A stretch of DNA of 64,000 bases, from the NCBI GenBank assembly GCA_964187785.1, contig OZ076409.1, positions 36,334,001-36,398,000 on the forward strand, in the 5' to 3' direction. This DNA is from Amphiscolops sp. MND2022. Its lineage: Eukaryota. Positions 31,340 to 41,912 of the stretch are shown here, piece after piece. A model generated the notes under the pieces. It had not been told where the DNA came from. It saw only the letters and a program-made list of their open reading frames with translations, and made no database searches. Each line of letters opens with the position of its first letter. Positions within the stretch are counted from its first letter, which is position 1. The position numbers and the translations under genes were made by a program.

Positions 31340-34300
31340 ATGGAAATGGAAATTGTCGCTGGACCGAGTAACAGCGCAAGCGCTGCCACTGGCACACGAG
31401 AAGAAGCGGGGAGAAAGCGGCTAACTGAAGAAACTGTCTCAGTTACCCCAGCTGGCTCGGTAACCGAGAGCCCAACTAGTCGTCCCCCTCCCGACAAGCG
31501 CGCTGATGTACCTCGGCCCCAGCTGAACAGTGTGGTCATCCCTAGGCCTCCGTACCGGGTGGGTCATCTAGGCCGAAGCGCACCTCAAATGTCTTTAGCA
31601 GACGCGATCGAACAGTATGGAGATCCGGATGCAGGCTCGGAAGTGAGCTCTGTGCCCTCGGGCACCAATCTAGTAAATATGTCCCTGGAGATACCTGAGA
31701 CGGTGGAGGAAGCCCATCCTCCAGCTTTCCTCCCTCCATCTGACGACGTATCCGGCTCAGTAGTCACCAATGATAGCAAACGCATTTGGATGGCGGCTGA
31801 GCATCTCTACCCCAGTCAATGCGCTATCAAGAAAAGGACTGAAACGGAGCAAAAGGAGATCAACCGGACCACGATACCGGCGCAAGTCACGCGTTCGCTC
31901 CGCCCCCGTGACGCAGACATGTCGGAGCAGGCTTGGGAACAGCGTGCTCGAGAGCAGCTGCCTATGACAACCAACGATTATATGGCGCCCCTGCAACACA
32001 ATATCACTGAGCAATTCCCCGCACGGTATGTGTTGCGAGAAGGTGAGACATGGGATGCGAACGCCCGCTACGCTCGCAACCTGAGATCTTTGAAACCCCT
32101 ATTGAAAGCAGCTCTGCAGCGCGCGCGCTACTGCATGGCAGTTGATTCTACTTGCCGAAGTGACCTCCCTATTGACAATATAATGCCTGACGTGCTGGTG
32201 CTAACTATGCCCCTGTCTCGCTTCGCTGAGGTCGCTGAGATGGTTGGAGCCATATACGATCCAAACTTAAGAGGATCACAAAAGGAACCACCCCCACAGC
32301 GAGTGATCTTTGCCAATCTTCTGGATCACATGGCTTGCGAAGGGTTGCTGCACGACCTGGACGCCATAATGTCCAATGTCAGACGACTTGGAGACATTGC
32401 CGCCCTGGTAAATGAGGTGGTCGGTGCAATGGAACGTGCCGCAGGGATCCTTCGGGGTCGTCTGGGAGCGCTCGCGCTCTTTGTATCCCCACCAGGATTT
32501 ATGTATTGGCCACGAAGTCTGCAGCAGTTCGTCTACATTCTGTTGGAGGTGTGCAAGGCGCGCAGAGTCGAATTCGCCATCTGTGCACCGAACTTGCGCG
32601 TGGACCGAGAAGACCTGCGCCCAGATACCTTATCGTATCCAGCCTTCTTTGCTGCCGTATCTAGAGCGCTCGTGGCTATAGAACGCTCGGGAAACGCCCA
32701 ACTAACCATTGACGATGCTATCCTCTATGATTATGGAATGCGGATGGGCAGACTGGCCTTTGACCTTGACGGCAACCGCATTGCCCGAGAATCTAATGTA
32801 ACCGAACGAGAGGCTGTTCGCCGGTATAATTGGCTAGTGCGAAGAGATAAAGAAATCCCAGTGCGCGCAGAATTAGCCGACCTGACAAAACAATTTGGTG
32901 CATGGCCTGCAGCGCGCACCGTCGAGAGAACAATTCCTCAGATCCACTTCGCCTCGGGAATCGAGCCCGTGAAGCTGCCTGTAGGGATGCGGTGTATCGT
33001 AGCAATGGAAGCAACAAACCTGAAAGCAGAAGTCGACGCCGCAGCCACCACTTATGCTTATTGGTACCAGACTAGGTTTGCCACCAGAACCCTGGCAGAA
33101 GTAGCTCGAGAGCTCAATTGTCCATTGGAAGCCTTCTGTACCAGTCTTGGGCTGGGATGGAACCTAAAGGTACTGACTTCTGAGTTCTCGCTGACCTCTA
33201 CGCAAACGGACAAGCTGCTAGAAACGATTGGAGAGGCAACCGTCGGAGAAATACTAGCGCTCGCGCTAGCGATGGGCCCAACCAAGTTTGTAGCCGGACC
33301 ACTGGCCTTGTTAGTCGACATAGTAATTGCCTGCGATCTCACCGTGTTCTACAGCTATTTGGTCCTGGCACAAGGACAACTACGCAGCCTGACCCGATGG
33401 GGACACTTGATGACTTCCAAAGACCAGCAAGACTATTCCGCCCAACTGGAGCGCATGCGTGCGTCAATCCAGCACTGGCTATACTCCACCCTGGTATTCG
33501 CCTCCGGCCTATTCGTGGGCGTAGACCAATCCCAACCCCTACATAACTCCGACCAGCAGATCCCACGGGAAACGGCAGGATTCCCCATGCCGCAGCAGAT
33601 TGCAGATCTCACCCTGGCTGAAGTAGAAGATTTTGTGGCAGCAATGGCTCCTGTCTTGGCCCCTATCTTTGGCGCAGTGGGCGTGTGCCGATACCCAACT
33701 AAACCATTGGCAACAGCCGTCCAAGTGCACATGGTCTCCTTCAGTACCTACCTGCGGGGCCGTCCCTCACTGGCGTATCCAAGGGTAATAAATGCAGTGC
33801 TGAGTGGTGAGGTGCCGCATGGGTACACGACCATAAAATCCGAAAGAGAGTTGGAGGAGAACCTGATGGGTTTGCTGCGCGCGCGCACCAGGAAAGCATG
33901 TTCTCTACCCCGAGAGCATGGACCTGTGAACTGGTATTCCGCACCTCTCAGTTTGGAAGGGGTCCCCTTTAGGTTCCCCTGGAGTCAGGAGTTCATAAGG
34001 AAGGCGATTCGCGCCAGCACTAGTGCTGGTCCACCCGTAGATCCTTTATACTGCTTCAAATGCATCGCCTTCCCAAACCGCTATTGGAAGGAGCCGTTAG
34101 GTTGGCCCAGGGCAAAACCCGTTGGACGCGCCCCAGAGGTGTTCAACCGCCAAATCCAACACTTGGAGTCAGCCCAGATCCCAGGATGGATTGAAGGCGC
34201 TGCGCAGATCAGGCAGAGGAATCTCCAATCCCGCGTTATCCCATTCCCCAGGAAGTCGGCATGGAAACCTACGGGAAAGATGACCATATCTGGAGATATG

Positions 34301-34519
34301 TCCATCGTCCAGCATGATGAAATAAATTCCGTGTTGGGCTCAACAGAACGAGCGAGATGGGAAGAGTACTGTCTGAAGTTGGAGATTGTAAGCTTCCCTA
34401 AATGGAAGAGAGCTTGCGAGCTCTGCAGCCAATCTGGATGGATCTCACGCCGTGTAGCACTAGCGGTAGAAGGTAGAGCAGAGATAGCGAGACAACAGGC
34501 GTTCGCCGATCACTATTAA
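31340..34519 (+). CDS. Large accessory ORF (1059 aa) in env position with an SGNH/GDSL esterase-like domain
   Basis: Uninterrupted 1059-aa ORF between pol and the 3' LTR. Residues at 32129-32680 align by eye to SGNH blocks I-V. No signal peptide. A Ser/Pro-rich tail in another frame (to 34805) may belong to it. Confidence 0.8.
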   Translation: MEMEIVAGPSNSASAATGTREEAGRKRLTEETVSVTPAGSVTESPTSRPPPDKRADVPRPQLNSVVIPRPPYRVGHLGRSAPQMSLADAIEQYGDPDAGSEVSSVPSGTNLVNMSLEIPETVEEAHPPAFLPPSDDVSGSVVTNDSKRIWMAAEHLYPSQCAIKKRTETEQKEINRTTIPAQVTRSLRPRDADMSEQAWEQRAREQLPMTTNDYMAPLQHNITEQFPARYVLREGETWDANARYARNLRSLKPLLKAALQRARYCMAVDSTCRSDLPIDNIMPDVLVLTMPLSRFAEVAEMVGAIYDPNLRGSQKEPPPQRVIFANLLDHMACEGLLHDLDAIMSNVRRLGDIAALVNEVVGAMERAAGILRGRLGALALFVSPPGFMYWPRSLQQFVYILLEVCKARRVEFAICAPNLRVDREDLRPDTLSYPAFFAAVSRALVAIERSGNAQLTIDDAILYDYGMRMGRLAFDLDGNRIARESNVTEREAVRRYNWLVRRDKEIPVRAELADLTKQFGAWPAARTVERTIPQIHFASGIEPVKLPVGMRCIVAMEATNLKAEVDAAATTYAYWYQTRFATRTLAEVARELNCPLEAFCTSLGLGWNLKVLTSEFSLTSTQTDKLLETIGEATVGEILALALAMGPTKFVAGPLALLVDIVIACDLTVFYSYLVLAQGQLRSLTRWGHLMTSKDQQDYSAQLERMRASIQHWLYSTLVFASGLFVGVDQSQPLHNSDQQIPRETAGFPMPQQIADLTLAEVEDFVAAMAPVLAPIFGAVGVCRYPTKPLATAVQVHMVSFSTYLRGRPSLAYPRVINAVLSGEVPHGYTTIKSERELEENLMGLLRARTRKACSLPREHGPVNWYSAPLSLEGVPFRFPWSQEFIRKAIRASTSAGPPVDPLYCFKCIAFPNRYWKEPLGWPRAKPVGRAPEVFNRQIQHLESAQIPGWIEGAAQIRQRNLQSRVIPFPRKSAWKPTGKMTISGDMSIVQHDEINSVLGSTERARWEEYCLKLEIVSFPKWKRACELCSQSGWISRRVALAVEGRAEIARQQAFADHY

Positions 34520-35540
34520 CCTTCCAACCCATAACTTGGAACCAGACCCAGTTGGCCCGCCCTCGTCGCGAACGAGCCCTCAGTCCTCGCAGCAGCAGTC
34601 CGGAGAGCACACTGCCGAATTGACTCCCAATGCAGCACTAGTGCAGCCTATTGCCGAGTTGTCGCTTCCCGAAAGTCCGTCGGACTCTGAAACAGTTACC
34701 ACAGAAGTTTCTCCCAGACGTCGAGCGTCAGTGTCGACTGATAACCCAGAACAAAACTCAGATGATGCCACTAAAGAGCGGACCCGACGCAGTTCAGCTC
34801 AATAAACCCAGCCGCTAATGGGAGCGTTCGCGCTCCCTATACCCTCATAAACTGCCAACAAACAGTGCCTCAAAACTTCTCATCCAGAACGGTGCTATAG
34901 TACAAAGTGCAATTTTTGTTCTTAGTTATGGTTATATAATTAGTGTACCATTAGTGTTGCACTGGGTGTACGGCCAATAGAGTACGCCTGCCCCAGTGGC
35001 TTGAGTGACCAAGCAGAAAGAAAAGAAAACTATTGTTCAAAAAAACTATCATTTTCGTTGCGAACCGTTCGCGGTGTTTTTGAGTTGTCACAATCAAAAG
35101 AAGTCTTATCCCTCTTGATTGCGTTTCTTTCTAGTCTAGTGTTCTTCATCAATTTGGTTGTTCACCGTAAGAGCCCCCAAGCTCTAAAAAAAGTTTTTAA
35201 TCGCCTGAAATAAACTGAAGACTTGTAGTCTCAAATGGTAAGGAAAAGAAATTTTAGCTGACTTTGGTCGCAAAAAAGTTTTTACATAAGTTGACTGCCC
35301 AAACGAGTTTTAACCGGCTGAAAACTGTAGCTCTCGAGCTGGTGCTAAAACCTCGTTCATGTTTTGTACGAATAGCCAGGCAGTAAGCCCTTTTTTTTCT
35401 CGTATAAAACCGCAAAGTCGACCAAAATTGTTGCCGAAAAACAAGGACTCGTCCTTGTTCCCCGATGTGTGGATGATGGTTCCCAGCGGTCACTGTGATG
35501 CAGTTCCCAGACGATCCAGACGCCGCTTGCCAGGGACGAC

Positions 35541-35562
35541 AAGCCAGGAGCCTGGGGAGTGA
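35541..35562 (+). other. Imperfect polypurine tract of the giant element
   Basis: AAGCCAGGAGCCTGGGGAGTGA directly before the 3' LTR TG; purine-rich but interrupted. Confidence 0.5.
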
Positions 35563-36293
35563 TGTAACGGCAAGCTCTGGTACAGCAATATCAACCAACT
35601 TTGCAACTTCGACATGTTTAGAAAATTTTGTCAAAAATTCGTTCAAATTTGACGTGGCACTCAAACATGCTCAAGACGAAGTACCTGCCAGAAAAAGCAC
35701 CCCAGAAAAGCAGAAACCGCCGCTCGCGACGAACAAGCACCGGAGACGACAAAAAAGACGTCCCAGACGCATACAGAACACGGTATTGTGTCAATCTCTA
35801 GGAGATATCCATTACTACAGTGTTCCAGATGTTCGCCTGAGTATCCCTGCGGTGTCCTGTGTGGCAACTAGCGCTAGCGCTGGGAACCCGAGGTCAATTT
35901 TCATCAAATGACTCTGAACTCTTGATTTCTTGTTGTATTTTTCGATGTGGTAAATTGATATGCTCGAGAGCTGTTGTTTGACATCTGTTTATCCAATTTG
36001 GCGATTTTATCAGATTCTCCAATATTACGGTTCAACCTTCATCGATTTTCAGCCCAATTTTTAAAGGCTAGTTGAGCAGTGGTCTTGAGTCTTGCAAGAT
36101 GCCTGTTACTTTTAGCAGTTACAGACTAGGACCAGGCCAGAGAGCGTCCTACAAGACGGTTCCCCCACCTTGGGACTGGCTCCTTCAGAGGGAAAATGAG
36201 CTAGGGCCGCGGCGATCTAGGTCCCAGATTATATTCGCTGTTCTAGTTCCTCCACTCTACGTTGCGGTTCAAGCGCCAGCGCTTATCGTTACA
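35563..36293 (+). repeat. 3' LTR of the giant element
   Basis: TGTAACGG...CGTTACA; direct repeat of 17529-18272. Confidence 0.97.
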
Positions 36294-36976
36294 GACTGTT
36301 TGGTTTCGACAAATGGAATCCCAGTTTGTCTTGGATGGAATTACCAACGACACCACCAAATATCACCACATCCTCGCATCAATCCCAGAAGACGTCGCAA
36401 TCAACTTGCCAATGGAAATTGAAGATTACAGCAGCCTCAAGGATAGCATCACTCAAGTCTACCAGAAGTCAAAAACAGAACTGATTGAAGAAGCATTAGG
36501 AACGATTTCACTGGATGGACAAAAGCCCTCAGTTTGCCTCTTGCGCATCCAGCGCAAGCTTTCAGAATGTTATCTGACAATGGACAACGATGTAATCAAG
36601 CACCGCCTCATGCAAGCCATGTCTATCTCAACGCGTCCTCACTTTCCGCACATTTGGACCTGCCACCCGACAAATTCGCCAAACAAGCTGACACCATATA
36701 CAGCTACTCGAAGGACACTTTTCAGGACAACATGCACGTTTACGCCACACAGCACTCATCGTCATCGTCCTATACACGACAGCCGCAACTAACGCCAAAA
36801 AACAGCACAGCCGACAACAATATTCAGCCATTCTCACCCGGACAACGACCGAAAATTTGCCGCTTTCACTTGTTTTTCGCTAACTCCGCCAAACGTTGTA
36901 AGCCCTGGTGTAAATGGCCTGAACCAAAACCCGCACATATCGAACCGTCATCTTGCGCACAATCACCCGCCGCACA

Positions 36977-37022
36977 GGGAAACGAATAGCCCCACTCGTG
37001 TGCGCGGCAACGATTGGGGATC
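36977..37022 (+). other. Programmed -1 ribosomal frameshift signal (gag to pol)
   Basis: G GGA AAC heptamer in the gag frame just before the TAG; pol is in the -1 frame; CCCCA/TGGGG stem follows. Confidence 0.8.
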
Positions 37023-40000
37023 CTATTTGCATCCGCCTTGCCGCCCCAATCAACTCACAGAAGACTACTTTCATCGCCGACACTGGATCTATGGTATCAA
37101 TCATCAAATCAACGCTCGTCAACACCGATTACGCCACGCTGACAACAATGAATCTCAAAACAGTAAACGGAGACCGTATCAAAGTTCACGGAAAAATGAC
37201 GCTCACAATCGTCATACCCTCCCTCCGACGCAACTACAATTTCACCTTCTACATCGCCGACGTCAACGACAACATTCTAGGACTGGATTTCCTCAAAGAC
37301 AAAGACATAAATATCAATTGCCGCAACTTAACAGTAACCGACAACGTCACAAACCTCACTTCAACACACAACAATTCACCCGCACTGCCAAGTCACAGCC
37401 CTGTTCTAGCCGTTTCTCTGGACCTGTCTCAAATAACCGACACAGCTCTCAGAGAGATAATGGAACAGCACTCATCTATTTTGAGAGACGCCGACTTCAA
37501 CACGCCATGTACGCACAACACCACTCATCGCATCGCCGTTTCGTCGCAACCTAATTTTTGTACGCCTAGGAAGCTTTGCCCTGAAAAGCTATCGATCGCC
37601 AAATCTTCTTTCGACGAAATGCAGCGTTTAGGAATCATTCGACCATCAAAAAGCCCATAAGCATCGCCTCTGCATATGGTACCGAAAAAAGACCCCGGAG
37701 ACTGGAGACCGTGTGGAGACTACCGCGCCCTCAACCAAATCACCGTTCGCGATTCGTACCCACTGCCACAGCTTTCATCGTTCGCACTTCACGACAAACA
37801 TGTCTTCAGCAAACTCGACTTAGTCAAAGCTTATCACCAAATACCCATGCACCCCGACGACATTGAGAAGACAGCCATTACGACTCCATTTGGACTATTT
37901 GAGTTTCTTCGCATGCCTTTCGGACTCAAGAACGCCGGTAAAACTTTCCAACGATTCATCAACGAAGTCACCAACGGATTGCCAAATGTGCTCGCCTACG
38001 CCGATGATTTACTCGTCGCCAGCAACAATTTGTTTGATCACATCAACGCACTCACAGAACTCTTCACCCGCCTCGAGAAGTTTGGACTATGCGTTAACTT
38101 CAAAAAATGCCAATGGATACAACACCAAATCGACTTTTTAGGATACACCATAACATCGGAAGGAATCAAACCACAGACAGCAAGGATAAAGACGCTCGCA
38201 GAACTACCAGAACCAACAGATTACAAAGCACTTCGACGTTATCTGGGAATGTTCTCATTTTATCGACAACATATCCCACACTACGCACATATAGTTGAAC
38301 CACTACAACAACTTCTCAACGCAACCCAGCCGAAACAATCCTACCGCAGGAAGAATTGCCAACAACAATCAGCACCAACACCTTTCATCATGTTAGAAGA
38401 TCACCGCAAAGCCTTCTCTACTTTGAAGACCGCACTCGCTAATGCAACACTTCTTCATCACCTCACAGAAACCTCAACACTCTCTCTTACTACAGATGCT
38501 TCTGATTCAGCCATGGGAGCCGCCTTACACGACATAACAGACAACAGCAGCCGCCTTATTGCATTTTTCTCTCGCCGACTCACTGCAGCCGAAAAAAATT
38601 ACAGCACATTTGATAAGGAACTCCTCCCCTATCTTCGCAGCAACACTAAAGTTCAAACATCTGATTGAAGGACGCCATACCGTTGTTTTCACAGACCACA
38701 AACCCATCACCTGTTCTTTTCAACGAAGCCAAACCAACACCAACAACCCTCGACAGTCTCGACAATTTTCTCTACTAGCAGAATACATCGACGAAATTCA
38801 ACAAATCTCAGGATCAACAAACGTTGTAGCCGACTGCCTTTCTCGACCACCAACCGACGACACATCATTAACCGTAGCATCAACATCAACAGTTTCCATC
38901 GAAACCTATGATCTACTAAGAATTGCCAGCCTTCAAGACACTTCATGAGATGTCAGAACAATACCAACAAGGAACACAGATGATCAACATCGGAACCACG
39001 ACTCTCACCTGTGATAAAAGCATTCCTCCGTGTCCTATTCTGCCCGAACAATGCCGTTATCCAATCTTCACCCAATTCCACAACCTTTGCCACAGCAACT
39101 GGAAATCAACGTCACGTATGATCCTCACCCGCGTCACGTGGCCCAATGCTCAACGCACTATCAAAGAATGGTTCCACAACTGCCTCACTTACCAACAGAT
39201 GAAAATCACTCGCAATATTTATCCAACACGCCAACTCAATGAAGCCGTCGCCCGTTTTACCCACGTTCACATGGATATCGTAGGACCACTACCTGCAATC
39301 AACAATTCGCCATTCCGATGCCTTGTTACCTTCATCGACCGCAGCACCAATTGGATTGAAGCCCACCCAGTCCATTCCATCACAGCCGAAGAAGTTTGCC
39401 ACGCTTTTCTCACATCCTCGTTTTCTCGCTTCGGAGTACCATTGTACATCACGACTGCCCGCGGAACTCAATTTGAAAGTCAACTGTTCGCTCAACTTTC
39501 TCAAACTCTAGGATTTTGCAGACTCCGTACAACTTCATATCATCCACAGAGCAATGGAAATGTCGAACGATTTCATCGAACCCTCAAAGCAGCGTTAATG
39601 TCTTCAAAGACCGACTGGATAGCAGCACGCACTACCCGTAGTTCTTTTCGGATTGAGGTCAAAACCGGACATCAATCTCATTTCACCGTTAGCAGCCACA
39701 ACAGGACTAGATGTACTTTACCCGACAACAGTTGCAGGAAAGACAGCACCCATCACTCTCGCCTTCATCAAAAACATTCAGGACAACCTCGAACAGCTAG
39801 CTTTCACAAAAGATATCAGACAACATTCAACACGAAAGACCTTCATCCCAGATGCATTCGACAACTGCAAATTTGTATGGTTGCGCGTCGACCGAGTAAA
39901 GCAACCTTTGGAAGCACCCTACACTGGACCTCATGAACTCATCAAACTCAACAGAGACTCATCTACAGCAACAATTAAGAAAAACAACGACCATATCATC

Positions 40001-40321
40001 GTCAGCATTCAACGCCTCAAACCATGCACATTATCATTTGATCGCGAAAAGAAAAAACATCATCACCTACAGTCATCCACAGTACCCACCGAAGTTTATT
40101 GCTATTGCCAACAACCGTACAACAGGGAAAAGATCAAATGTTGCAACAACAACTGCCAAATTGCATTGTATCATTATGATTGTGTATCACTCAGAAAACA
40201 TCCACTAACAACATGGTTTTGTCCAAGCTGCAGAACTTCGACAACTAAAAGAATAACGATTGTGGAACCCGCAGATGCAGAACCGAATGACACCAGATGC
40301 CGACGACACAAACAACCTTAA
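36977..40321 (+). pseudogene. pol: pol of the CsRn1-like element (PR-RT-RH-IN-PHD), several stops and frameshifts
   Basis: [66 protein letters not shown] and a terminal PHD finger, spread over ORF fragments 36953-40321. Confidence 0.92.
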
Positions 40322-40446
40322 ACAGTTTCAACTTTCATTCTTTTAAAAACTTTTTTTTTGTTAAAATTTCTTTGTACCTATAAAAATCGCAGTTGTAAGC
40401 TAGTGTAAACTGATGATCACACAGCCTTACATGTGGACTCCGTCTT

Positions 40447-40458
40447 GGGGGAAGGAAG
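40447..40458 (+). other. Polypurine tract of the CsRn1-like element
   Basis: GGGGGAAGGAAG, 3 nt before the 3' LTR. Confidence 0.85.
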
Positions 40459-40461
40459 CCG

Positions 40462-40634
40462 TGTTGACTTCTTCTTATGCAAGCTTAGTATTACGTTATT
40501 ATGTAATCTTGTTCAGCTTGATTAGTTTTTTTTTATGATCTGACTAATACAGCTGCCTCTTGAAAAACTTTGTCACAGCTGCGATTTTCATTTAGGTTTA
40601 GACAATTCATTAGGGAACTTCTAAGAAATCTAAA
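40462..40634 (+). repeat. 3' LTR of the CsRn1-like element
   Basis: Direct repeat of 16932-17102. Confidence 0.9.
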
Positions 40635-41699
40635 AACTCATTGGAGCCCTTTGGATATTTTTAAAAAATTCGAAAATTTTTTTGGAAAAAAATTCCAAAA
40701 AAAAACGAAAAATGAGAATAGTCTTCCTATAGTCTCGTCCGGTTTTGTATCTTACGTTAAAAAGGGAGTAAATGAAGGGGGGACCCTTTGCACTAACTTA
40801 GATGCGTTTCCGCTAGCCGGTCCAGTAGTTAGTAGTTCTGTAAAAAGTGTCTGTTAGCATGCATCCTGTTATCTGACGGGAAAAAAAGAAAAAAACTTGC
40901 CACTGTAATAGTCGGGCTCATTTTGTTAAAATGCGCTGACTGAAAACAAGAGGTGCAGTGAAACTGAGATTTTTTGTATATTGTTGAAACAGACATCTTC
41001 ATAGGGAATTCCAAGGTGAAAAATATTTTTCCTATCTGAAAATACCACGAAAACACAAAACTTTTCGAACTTTTTTTCAAAAGACGTCACAGTGCGCAAT
41101 TAACCCAAACATAAGATCTGCTCCTTCATGCTCCAAACACACCTACGCGCAAAGGATTACAGTCTCTTTGTGGAGAAAATCGAGTGAAACTTTTACTTCG
41201 TGTGAAAAGCCGTTTCCAGCTTAAAACGGTTGTAACCTCGAAAAGCGAAAAGTCGTTCAATTGTAATAAAAAGCTGTTTTCGAGACAGATGTGAACTTTG
41301 TTCAAAAAGTATGCTCCTTTGGACACTCAAAAAGGAATCTTTTGTGAAACGAAAATTTTTCGAAAAAATTCAAAGGAGCACCTTTTGATCTCTTGTAGCT
41401 TTGAATATTCGAAAATTCGACGAACCGAACATTCGAAAAAATCGAAAATTCGAATTTCATTGAATTAAGGCCTTTAATCACCTTCGTGAAGTTCTTAAAG
41501 AACAAAACGATTTTTGATCATATCAAACAAAAGAAGAAACGCTTATCAATTGTCAACGCTCAATTACTGCGTTCACAGTTATATATATTCAATTACGAGA
41601 TTTTTCGACACTAACACGCCACCGCAACCAAGATGGCATCAAGTACTTTGTGCAAAAGTAGAAACGTTCTTCTAATGAATAAGGTGGGGGTGTAGATGA

Positions 41700-41912
41700 G
41701 TAGGTAAGTAGATGAGTAGAGGGAGCAGGATGTATTCGCCCTGTAATATGGTCGTAGTAGGTTTGAACCTCACTCAGCTCACCATTGTTTGACCTTGAGC
41801 AAGTCCTTCATCCTAGTTCAATGGTACAGTCATAACAAAAACAACGCCTTTAGCGACAACATTTGAGTAGAAGCAACTGTGGGCATTTGTGTGACCTTGA
41901 GAAAGTCACTCA
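41700..41912 (+). mobile_element. Degenerate tRNA-derived SINE relic
   Basis: B-box-like GGTTTGAACC (41760) followed by TGACCTTGAGCAAGTC and TGTGTGACCTTGAGAAAGTCACT, similar to the GTGACCTTGGGCAAGTCACTT motif of CORE-type SINEs. Confidence 0.45.

Larger units (their letters stand above)
17529..36293 (+). mobile_element. Giant (18,765 bp) Ty3/Gypsy LTR retrotransposon with accessory ORFs
   Basis: LTRs of 744 and 731 bp with TGTAACG...CGTTACA inverted termini, PBS, gag-pro, RT-RH-IN and two further large coding blocks. Flanked by GAC/GAC. Visibly more GC-rich than the flanks. Confidence 0.97.
17398..36989 (+). pseudogene. gag: gag of the CsRn1-like element, interrupted by the giant element (parts 17398-17528 and 36297-36989)
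   Basis: Removing the insertion restores MKPTPFYRTNPT|VWFRQMESQFVLDGITNDTTKYHHILASIP, a typical Gag N-terminal motif. One frameshift near 36630; C-terminal CRFHLFFANSAKRCKPWC. Confidence 0.85.
16932..40634 (+). mobile_element. Ty3/Gypsy LTR retrotransposon, CsRn1/Kabuki/Boudicca-like (~4.9 kb excluding the nested insertion), decayed
   Basis: Paired ~172-bp LTRs, tRNA-Trp-type PBS, Gag with C-X2-H-X9-C-X3-C motif, -1 slippery site, PR-RT-RH-IN order and a PPT. Candidate 4-bp TSD AATT/AACT (one mismatch). Confidence 0.9.
16800..40946 (-). mobile_element. HINE family A copy split by the nested Gypsy insertions (halves ~16800-16931 and ~40635-40946)
   Basis: The left half is the reverse-complement 3' end (GGGAACGTCTAAAGTCGGCGCTGTATCTGAGGCTCAAAAA). 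The right half continues the consensus to the reverse-complement 5' end (CACTGTAATAGTCGGGCT..GCGCTGACTGAAAA). Joined, the halves are colinear with 3807-4234. Confidence 0.75.

Noticed and set aside
31340..34519. Canonical retroviral or errantiviral env
   Set aside because: The position fits, but there is no N-terminal signal peptide, no clear furin site followed by a fusion peptide, and no clean C-terminal TM anchor.
20750..34771. Many 60-190 aa antisense and alternate-frame ORFs within the giant element
   Set aside because: Expected shadows of GC-rich coding sequence; no motifs recognised.
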